54,374 nt of DNA, taken from the IMG/VR virus record IMGVR_UViG_3300008963_000004, positions 1-54,374 of that record; one strand, written 5' to 3'. The translations under genes were made by a program, and so were the position numbers. The DNA comes from a virus. Its lineage: Duplodnaviria; Caudoviricetes. Below, one piece after another: positions 48,791-54,374 of the stretch (position 1 is the stretch's first letter; each line of letters starts with the position of its first letter). Below the pieces are notes generated by a model. That model made no database searches. It was not told the DNA's origin and saw nothing but the letters and a program-made list of their open reading frames with translations.

Positions 48791-49048
48791 TTAGCACTGA
48801 CGCGGACGAAGTTCAACCTCTAAATTCACTGCGTGTCGTGCTTCAGGCTTCAGCACATACTGGTCTCGTTTGCTGTATGCATACCGTATCAGTGACCGCT
48901 CGTCGTCGTTTAGATTATCTATCTTATCCAACATCTCCAGATCCACTGAGAGTTGACTTGCACGGTTTGCTACAATATCATCAGGGTCAACTTCTGCGAC
49001 GTTGCGTAGAAGCTGTTTGATTTTTTGGATTTCAGATACTGTGAACAT
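48791..49048 (-). CDS. Hypothetical protein
   Basis: ORF on the array strand. Confidence 0.55.
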   Translation of the reverse strand: MFTVSEIQKIKQLLRNVAEVDPDDIVANRASQLSVDLEMLDKIDNLNDDERSLIRYAYSKRDQYVLKPEARHAVNLEVELRPRQC

Positions 49049-49102
49049 TCTGCTTCTTTTTTTTGTGCTGCGTATGCGTTTAACAGCGGGGCCTCATAGT
49101 GT

Positions 49103-49128
49103 GTGCAGCGCAGTTGCCTGCGCTGCAC
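49103..49128 (-). terminator. Stable hairpin with GCAA tetraloop
   Basis: GTGCAGCGCAG-GCAA-CTGCGCTGCAC on the minus strand; no U-tract. Confidence 0.55.
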
Positions 49129-49136
49129 CTTGCTGC

Positions 49137-49388
49137 TTACCGAGCAAAGTTGATCACTGCCTGGCCTTTGGGAGTCAGCTTGGTGTTGTGCCGCGGGCGC
49201 CCACGCCCTTCCTGCTTCACAGCCACAAAGCCCACGTAACCAGCTTCAGCCAGCTGACGCTTGTGGTAGTAGCTGGGCTCAGCATAGCCTTCCATGCCTT
49301 TGATGCCTTTCAGTGCAGCCAGCAGCTTGTCCTTGCGATCGAAAATGCTGGGGGCGCCGCGCTTGGAGTTGGAGTTGGAGTTGGTCAT
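49137..49388 (-). CDS. Small basic possible DNA-binding protein
   Basis: L.EAGYV, GRGRP, KLTPKG (winged-helix-like tail); promoter TTGACA-17-TAAGTT at ~49440-49468. Confidence 0.6.
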   Translation of the reverse strand: MTNSNSNSKRGAPSIFDRKDKLLAALKGIKGMEGYAEPSYYHKRQLAEAGYVGFVAVKQEGRGRPRHNTKLTPKGQAVINFAR

Positions 49389-49580
49389 TTTGTATTTTCC
49401 CTCTTGTGTGTGTTGCACTAGCTCTTTGCTAGCATGTTTAACTTAAACTGTTGTGCCTTCAGTGTCAACAGTTTTTTTCGACGTTCGATGATTTTTTTGT
49501 ATCTCCTTTGTGTGTTTCTGTTTGTTCAAACTTTATAGCACAGCACTGAGCCGTGATCAACAAAAAAATTACCAAATGTC

Positions 49581-49780
49581 AAAAAAAGCCCTTGCTGCGA
49601 GGGAACACAGCAAGGGCCTAGTGTAGGAGCAGAGCGTGAGGGCAACGTTTGCTCCTAGTGCACAGTTGGTCGAGGGCGGACCAACCATGTGTTACAGCAG
49701 CACCTGAGGGCACAAGGGCTACTGTTGTGCAGCACAGGAGCAGTGCTCAACTGTGCTGATTCGCCGTGCTGTCCACGGTC
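49581..49780 (-). ncRNA. Candidate multi-hairpin RNA with anti-SD-like (CCCUC) loops
   Basis: Hairpins 49588-617, 49624-657, 49665-685, 49694-725 and 49730-758; ends in hairpin+U7 on the minus strand. Confidence 0.65.
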
Positions 49781-49786
49781 TTTTTG

Positions 49787-50797
49787 TTATCTGCTCATCA
49801 CAGTGTTTTCTGCAAACGCTTTCCAGTTCTGCGGGAACGCTTTTGCCAAGTCAGCAACTTTGAGAACAGTTCGAAGACTGAGTTCTCGCAGTCTGTGTTT
49901 GTGTTCGTCTACGAAATCAATGATTTCCATCTTGACATCCTGTGCTAAATCGTAATTATCCAGCATGCCGTCCTGAACAACTTGACGAATACGCAGCATC
50001 TTTTCTCGCTCTGTGTCAATGGTCAAGTCAATGTAGTGACAGCGCGATTCCAGTGCTTCCAGATGATCCTTCAACTTTTTGCTCTTGACACGATCAAACT
50101 TCAAGTTTGTGATAAAGATAGCCGAACCTTCAAAACGAAAGCTGTCAGGTACACCTTCATTGCGCAACTTGAAACTGTCTGTGTTCCAATGAATAGTGCG
50201 ATGCTTTTTTGAGTCCAGTGCTGCTTTCATGATGTTGAGACTGAGTTCATCTGAAAACACAGAATCACAGTCGTCGAACACAATCACATTGTCTCGGTCT
50301 GCATACTTGTAGAGTTTGACATACAAGCCGATTGCGCTCATTGCACCTTTCACGACTTCGTATTTCTTGGCGCCGCCCAGCGTCTCAACCATCTGATAAC
50401 GATCCAGCACTTCCTCTACACCGTGGCTCTTGCCAACACCTGGAGGACCTGATACGATCATTGCTCGAACATCGCCCTTCTTCACAGCTTTGGTCATTTC
50501 GTTGAGCATGCCAAAGCGAGTTCTCAGTCGTTCTACAATCTCGTCATCAGTCTCTTCGATCACTGGTTCCTTAACAGCAACAGCGGGGCCTTCAGTGACT
50601 TCGTAATCATCCTCACTGTCACAGAGGATCTTGATGTTGTGATCAGGAAAGCCAGGATGTGAACTGCCGTTTACAGTAACATAGCCACCGCGCTTGCCTG
50701 TTTTGAACCCTTCGACCAGCTCAAAGCTCATGCCGTTTACGTCGGTAGGAACTCCGCGCAGTTTGTAGCGTCCGTTGATGATAGTGATTGTGCTCAT
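49787..50797 (-). CDS. AAA+/P-loop ATPase
   Basis: GPPGVGKS, IVFDDCD, IFITN, ALESR, RELSLR; promoter TTGACA-17-TATACT. Confidence 0.85.
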   Translation of the reverse strand: MSTITIINGRYKLRGVPTDVNGMSFELVEGFKTGKRGGYVTVNGSSHPGFPDHNIKILCDSEDDYEVTEGPAVAVKEPVIEETDDEIVERLRTRFGMLNEMTKAVKKGDVRAMIVSGPPGVGKSHGVEEVLDRYQMVETLGGAKKYEVVKGAMSAIGLYVKLYKYADRDNVIVFDDCDSVFSDELSLNIMKAALDSKKHRTIHWNTDSFKLRNEGVPDSFRFEGSAIFITNLKFDRVKSKKLKDHLEALESRCHYIDLTIDTEREKMLRIRQVVQDGMLDNYDLAQDVKMEIIDFVDEHKHRLRELSLRTVLKVADLAKAFPQNWKAFAENTVMSR

Positions 50798-50846
50798 GCA
50801 TTTCCCTCTTTGTGTTCAATCAGTATACTGTGATTGTTCTCTGTTG

Positions 50847-51011
50847 TCAACCAAACAACAGTGCCAAAATAACGCCAAAGCCAATGATATACCCAACGAA
50901 CCCGATCACTTCGAACATGATGTGATCGCCCACTGAGGAACTGTGTGTGCAATGCGAGCAGTGCGATGCAAACATTGGCTTTTCCTTGTGACACTTTGGA
51001 CAGTATGCCAT
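50847..51011 (-). CDS. Zn-ribbon membrane microprotein
   Basis: CPKC..CSHC plus hydrophobic tail; promoter TTGACA-17-TATACT, AAGGAG. Confidence 0.7.
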   Translation of the reverse strand: MAYCPKCHKEKPMFASHCSHCTHSSSVGDHIMFEVIGFVGYIIGFGVILALLFG

Positions 51012-51137
51012 GATGTTCTCCTTGTGTTGTCCATTGCAGTATAGCAGCAATTCTTGTGTATGTCAACTCGCATAGCAGGAGGATCGTCAGCAAAGCGCGA
51101 GACCAACACTCTCAATGCGAGATCAACTCCTGCTAAC

Positions 51138-51214
51138 TGGCGCTCCCGGAAGGACTCGAACCCTCAACCTAGGCATTAGAAGTGCCTTGCTCTTTCCAGT
51201 TGAGCTACAGAAGC
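51138..51214 (-). tRNA. tRNA-Arg(TCT)
   Basis: Cloverleaf: TAGCTCAACTGGAAAGAGC D-arm, AGGCA-CTTCTAA-TGCCT, GGTTCGAGTCC, CCA end. Confidence 0.95.
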
Positions 51215-51219
51215 GTATA

Positions 51220-51305
51220 TGGTGCGGGCGGTGGGACTCGAACCCACAATCCATTAAGGCGACAGATTTTAAGTCTGTTGAGTATACCAATTCCTCCACG
51301 CCCGC
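51220..51305 (-). tRNA. tRNA-Leu(TAA)
   Basis: GCGGGCG acceptor, ACAGA-CTTAAAA-TCTGT, long variable arm, GGTTCGAGTCC, ACCA end. Confidence 0.95.
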
Positions 51306-51327
51306 GTCTTTCTCTGTCTACTTGTTT

Positions 51328-51356
51328 AATTTAGCGTCGTTCTGTTTCTTTGTCAA
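51328..51356 (-). promoter_or_regulatory. Sigma70 promoter for the tRNAs
   Basis: TTGACA-17-TAAATT. Confidence 0.7.
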
Positions 51357-51392
51357 GTTCTTTTGACGGATTGCTTCTGCTATCTTACGCTT

Positions 51393-51420
51393 GTGCTCTA
51401 ACCAATTGAGCTAATCCCCC
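51393..51420 (-). pseudogene. 5' fragment of a tRNA
   Basis: GGGGGATTAGCTCAATTGGTTAGAGCAC; no anticodon arm or T-arm. Confidence 0.8.
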
Positions 51421-51436
51421 GTTTGTCCTTTTCTGA

Positions 51437-51463
51437 TGTGTCTACCAATTCCACCACGCAGGC
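51437..51463 (-). pseudogene. 5' fragment of a tRNA-Leu-type gene
   Basis: GCCTGCGTGGTGGAATTGGTAGACACA; remainder missing. Confidence 0.8.
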
Positions 51464-51474
51464 TCTGTGCCTAT

Positions 51475-51693
51475 TTACTTGTTCTCCTTGTAAACAGGCT
51501 TTGGTTTCGGTTTGATGTTTGCCTGTGCTTGATCAATCATGTCGTTGAGCATAGATACTTGTTCTTTGACAATCATAAGCTCGCACTGTTGAACAGTGAT
51601 CATTTTGGTTGGCTTTACTGGAGTCTTGTCAGCAAAAGCTGGAAAAGCCAACATTGCCATAACACCAGCAGTGAGAATGATTTGATTTTGCAT
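51475..51693 (-). CDS. Small secreted protein
   Basis: Signal peptide ending PAFA-D; promoter TTGACA-17-TACACT. Confidence 0.7.
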   Translation of the reverse strand: MQNQIILTAGVMAMLAFPAFADKTPVKPTKMITVQQCELMIVKEQVSMLNDMIDQAQANIKPKPKPVYKENK

Positions 51694-51755
51694 TGTATAT
51701 CCTCTTCTACTCGCACAGTGTATGACAGGGCCGAAGCCCTGTCAACTGTTTTGTT

Positions 51756-52028
51756 TTATGCTGCGTCGACCACAGCAAGCATTGCAGCCGGCACGTTCCA
51801 AGTGGTGAAGCCTTCACGCACCTTCACGTTCTTGCGATTCACTTTGACAACTTCACCGGTGATCACACGCCCGCGAGCAGTGAATTCAACAGTGTCGCCA
51901 ACGTTAACCGAACGGATGTTCTGCATGGAGATGAACTGTCGCTGAAGCTTCACAGCGTCAATGATCTGCGCCAGTTCGTCGTTGTTGTTGCAGTTGCGAA
52001 TTGCAGTGATTGCAGTTTGAACACTCAT
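51756..52028 (-). CDS. Small SH3/KOW-like protein
   Basis: VGDTVEF...GEVVKVNRKNVKV....WNVPA.ML; promoter TTGACG-17-TATAAC. Confidence 0.75.
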   Translation of the reverse strand: MSVQTAITAIRNCNNNDELAQIIDAVKLQRQFISMQNIRSVNVGDTVEFTARGRVITGEVVKVNRKNVKVREGFTTWNVPAAMLAVVDAA

Positions 52029-52079
52029 TGTGTATTCCCTCTTTGTGTGTTGCTCTATGTGTTAGTTATAGCACCGGAT

Positions 52080-52271
52080 TTAGAACTCGTCAATGAGATA
52101 TTCTTCCTCAGGCTCATAAACCACACAGCCGTCAGCGTCATAGACTTCTACATCTCGTGAGCCTGAGTCAAACTCTTCGTCTGCTCGAGCACAGGCCGCT
52201 TCCAGTGTGCGGCACTCAGCGATCAGTGCTTCGTTGGCATAGCCTCGTGCGAAATAGACGTAATACATCAT
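52080..52271 (-). CDS. Hypothetical acidic protein
   Basis: Coupled ORF with SD. Confidence 0.7.
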   Translation of the reverse strand: MMYYVYFARGYANEALIAECRTLEAACARADEEFDSGSRDVEVYDADGCVVYEPEEEYLIDEF

Positions 52272-52534
52272 TCCATCTCCTCTAGTTGCTCGTAATGGGC
52301 TTCAAGCTCGCGCACCATTTGGTTGTGGGTTGGCGTGTTAAGGTGCACCAACCCCACATACATCGAATCGTTGAATCCAACTTCAGTGATATACACGTCT
52401 TTGAGGCCAAGGTCTATGTCCAGGAAGTTCTGTAGATAACGGAACTCGTGATAGTCATCCGCAGTGATCACACGCGGCAGATCCAGCGTGACCTGTGCAT
52501 CAGTCTTGATGTTGTCAGGATCGATCATCGTCAT
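52268..52534 (-). CDS. Hypothetical protein
   Basis: AAGGAG SD. Confidence 0.7.
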   Translation of the reverse strand: MTMIDPDNIKTDAQVTLDLPRVITADDYHEFRYLQNFLDIDLGLKDVYITEVGFNDSMYVGLVHLNTPTHNQMVRELEAHYEQLEEME

Positions 52535-52540
52535 TCTCCT

Positions 52541-52690
52541 TTAGTCGCACATTCCCATGAAAGCAGCAGCACCAGCGCCGTTGCCCAACAGCAGAGCCCG
52601 CGCCCCACATTCTTTGAAAGTAAATACAGCCATGCTCACAGCAAGCACAAACCATACAGCTATTACAAAGTATACCCAGCGTGGAAACAT
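52541..52690 (-). CDS. 49-aa membrane protein (not in ORF track)
   Basis: GGAGG SD; MFPRWVYFVIAVWFVLAVSMAVFTFKECGARALLLGNGAGAAAFMGMCD*. Confidence 0.65.
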   Translation of the reverse strand: MFPRWVYFVIAVWFVLAVSMAVFTFKECGARALLLGNGAGAAAFMGMCD

Positions 52691-52691
52691 G

Positions 52692-52844
52692 TCAATCCTC
52701 CAGTTTGCGAGTAGTGCCATAAGCCACAGTCAAAACAGCATTGGCTAGACAGATAGCCCAAAACTCCCAACCACCGCCTGGGAACGCTTGTCCTGCTGTG
52801 TAGCCAACAAGTCCGCCTTGGACGATTATAATAATGTTATTCAT
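52692..52844 (-). CDS. 50-aa membrane protein
   Basis: Start MNNIIII; two hydrophobic segments. Confidence 0.6.
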   Translation of the reverse strand: MNNIIIIVQGGLVGYTAGQAFPGGGWEFWAICLANAVLTVAYGTTRKLED

Positions 52845-52845
52845 A

Positions 52846-53166
52846 TCACACCCCCCGTCCGTAGTAATGTTTCTCAATCAGTGACCGTGCAGCATCGTAG
52901 TCGTCTTGGATCTTTGAGCTAACAAAGTAAAAGCGACGCGAGCCGTTGCCTCCAGGACCAACTCCAGCGTTCTCTCCGTCGCCGAATACTGCGGCGTTGT
53001 CGAGATAACGGAAGCCGCGATAGTTGCCAGTGTCAAACAGCACGCCTTCGACGAAGGTGCACATCACCTCCCGCTCCTCTGCGGTTGAGTTCTCCGAAGC
53101 GAGGAAATAGTTTACGCGGTGCAGCAGTGTGCCAACTTCTACAGTCTTGCGCTTAGTCTTAGCCAT
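52846..53166 (-). CDS. Hypothetical early protein
   Basis: RKTVEV, E.VL..TGNYRGFRYL; own hairpin promoter. Confidence 0.75.
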   Translation of the reverse strand: MAKTKRKTVEVGTLLHRVNYFLASENSTAEEREVMCTFVEGVLFDTGNYRGFRYLDNAAVFGDGENAGVGPGGNGSRRFYFVSSKIQDDYDAARSLIEKHYYGRGV

Positions 53167-53173
53167 TTGCAAA

Positions 53174-53231
53174 CCCTCTTGCTGTGTTGCCCTACCCTTA
53201 TACTATAGCACAAGGGTAGAGCAGTGTCAAC
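53174..53231 (-). promoter_or_regulatory. Hairpin promoter/leader cassette
   Basis: TTGACA-17-TATAGT; stem TGCTCTACCCTTGT/ATAAGGGTAGGGCA. Confidence 0.85.
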
Positions 53232-53237
53232 CAGTTT

Positions 53238-53480
53238 TTACCAGTGATGACTGCTGCCTAGATCACAGTAGTCCGCAGTGTAGGGGCTCCACTCCTCGTC
53301 CTCGTCCTCGTCCTCTTCATCCTCTTCTTCCCACATAAAGAACTCTTCGTTGTGTGCCATGTCAGCAACTTCGTCTTCGCTCATGTAGCCCAGCGCAGCT
53401 TGTGCAACCTGCTCCCAAGTCAGCAAGCCTTCATCAACAGCGTCGTAAATCCGGATTGTCATTTGACGTGCATTAGCCAT
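53238..53480 (-). CDS. Hypothetical protein with acidic tract
   Basis: Start MANARQ; L.YMSEDEV.DM...EE. Confidence 0.75.
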   Translation of the reverse strand: MANARQMTIRIYDAVDEGLLTWEQVAQAALGYMSEDEVADMAHNEEFFMWEEEDEEDEDEDEEWSPYTADYCDLGSSHHW

Positions 53481-53487
53481 TGTGTAG

Positions 53488-53546
53488 TTCCTTTGTATGT
53501 GTTGCCCTATACGCTTACAATAGCAAACGCATAGGACAGTGTCAAC
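53488..53546 (-). promoter_or_regulatory. Hairpin promoter/leader cassette
   Basis: TTGACA-17-TATTGT; stem TGTCCTATGCGTTT/AAGCGTATAGGGCA. Confidence 0.85.
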
Positions 53547-53547
53547 A

Positions 53548-53694
53548 TCAAACTTCAGTGTTGACGTCAATCAGTTCCATGTTCTTGATTTGATCCTCAT
53601 ATGTGAAGTCATAGTCCATCTCGGCAATTACTTCGCTGACGTCTGCGTCTTCCTCCAAATACAGTGCAACAGTAACGTGAATCATCCGGGCCAT
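53548..53694 (-). CDS. 48-aa acidic protein (not in ORF track)
   Basis: AGGAG SD; MARMIHVTVALYLEEDADVSEVIAEMDYDFTYEDQIKNMELIDVNTEV*. Confidence 0.7.
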   Translation of the reverse strand: MARMIHVTVALYLEEDADVSEVIAEMDYDFTYEDQIKNMELIDVNTEV

Positions 53695-53739
53695 ATCAGT
53701 CTCCTATGTCGTTGTGTGTGTCTGTGTTGTAGCATATGA

Positions 53740-53777
53740 CGGGCAGCGTGTCGACTCCATTGTCGACACGCTGCCCG
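53740..53777. other. Perfect 16-bp inverted repeat overlapping a TCGACA-17-TACAAC promoter
   Basis: CGGGCAGCGTGTCGAC-6-GTCGACACGCTGCCCG. Confidence 0.8.
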
Positions 53778-53783
53778 GAAGGA

Positions 53784-54311
53784 TCAGTAATAGTATTCGT
53801 CCTCTTCTTCCTCTTGGTCCTCTGCCAGCTGCTCGTCCTCACAGTAGTGGCACAGGCTGCTATACAGCCCGCCTCCGTCTACTTCGTCGCCGCACTCTTC
53901 GCAGAAGTTCTGCTCCGGCTCTTCGTATTCGAACATGTCTTCCGTGTTCTCAGCATTGACGAGCTCCGGCCGCTCCAGGATGTGCTCCACAGTGCTGTCA
54001 ATCATGCGCTCTACAGCAACCTGCAAGCTGTCGCCTTCGTAGCGCCCGTCATACAGCAAGCCTCGTGTGTATTCGTAGATGGTGCCGTGTGTCTCAGCGT
54101 CAATGACACCTTTATGGAGCAGGAAGTTCACAGCGCCACTGGTGTTGTTGCCCATGCCGTTGTTATACAGGTCGTGAGCAAGGCGTGTTGCTGAGCGCAG
54201 CATCTCGCCAGCTACAGTGTCGCAGTTGCCCATCAGCGGAATGAGCTCATCGCACATCCGATCAAAGTCTGCTTGGTAAGCGCCCTGCTTGTTCCAGTAA
54301 GTGTTCTGCAT
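53784..54311 (-). CDS. Hypothetical protein with C-terminal Zn ribbon and acidic tail
   Basis: YWN..G.YQ, GE.LR...RL.HD.YNNG.GN, CEECG..LCHYC. Confidence 0.75.
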   Translation of the reverse strand: MQNTYWNKQGAYQADFDRMCDELIPLMGNCDTVAGEMLRSATRLAHDLYNNGMGNNTSGAVNFLLHKGVIDAETHGTIYEYTRGLLYDGRYEGDSLQVAVERMIDSTVEHILERPELVNAENTEDMFEYEEPEQNFCEECGDEVDGGGLYSSLCHYCEDEQLAEDQEEEEDEYYY

Positions 54312-54320
54312 AGCGTGTAT

Positions 54321-54374
54321 CCCTCTCTGCTATGTGTTGCCCTATGTGTAAGTTATAGCAAACACATAGGGCAG
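54321..54374 (-). promoter_or_regulatory. Hairpin promoter/leader cassette (cut by window end)
   Basis: Perfect 12-bp stem TGCCCTATGTGT/ACACATAGGGCA around TGCTATAAC. Confidence 0.8.

Noticed and set aside
43690-54194. Plus-strand ORFs in the right arm (e.g. 44500-45045, 46159-46680, 51436-51945, 53736-54194)
   Set aside because: Antisense shadows of minus-strand genes or tRNAs that have clear promoters and SDs.
44864-54374. CRISPR array
   Set aside because: Repeats are spaced irregularly by hundreds of bp of intact genes and contain promoter elements; no cas genes.
44864-54374. Integron attC cassette array
   Set aside because: No RYYYAAC/GTTRRRY boxes or extrahelical-base pattern and no integrase in the window; hairpins sit upstream of genes and coincide with promoters.
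44864-54374. Frpo-type ssDNA promoters
   Set aside because: Frpo folding places -35 and -10 in duplex stems; here the -10 is in the loop and the -35 is outside the stem.
1-54374. Stop-codon reassignment
   Set aside because: Core genes are full length in the standard code; TAA, TAG and TGA all end genes; neither tRNA is a suppressor.

Overview
A 54-kb piece of a large T4-like myophage genome (Caudoviricetes) in two very different halves. Positions 1-~43.5 kb are AT-rich core genes. Structural and packaging genes: neck and tail-completion proteins, tail sheath and tube, gp4-like nuclease, terminase. Replication and recombination genes: gp32, UvsX, UvsY, UvsW, primase, replicative helicase and a 189-aa DnaE-like core. 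There is also a glycosyl/methyl/nucleotidyl-transferase cluster with a GIY-YIG endonuclease inserted, and a carbamoyltransferase. These genes are preceded by T4-like late boxes (mostly GATAAATA) or by sigma70 promoters that apparently give leaderless mRNAs. After an A-tract/repeat region (~43.55-43.9 kb) comes a more GC-rich minus-strand array of ~25 small genes and two tRNAs. Most of these genes have their own TTGAC-N17-TAnnnn promoter and a shared leader (TAGGGCAACACACAAGAGGG). Top observations: (1) in about ten promoters the -10 box sits in the loop of a covarying, G-U-supported hairpin; (2) a ~200-nt multi-hairpin element at 49.58-49.78 kb has loops (UGCCCUC/UUCCCUC/UGCUCCU on the transcribed strand) complementary to the ribosome-binding leaders of these same genes. 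Together they suggest a phage-encoded antisense/anti-SD RNA acting on a promoter-cassette regulon. Functional calls rest on motif recognition by eye; no database searches or folding programs were run.
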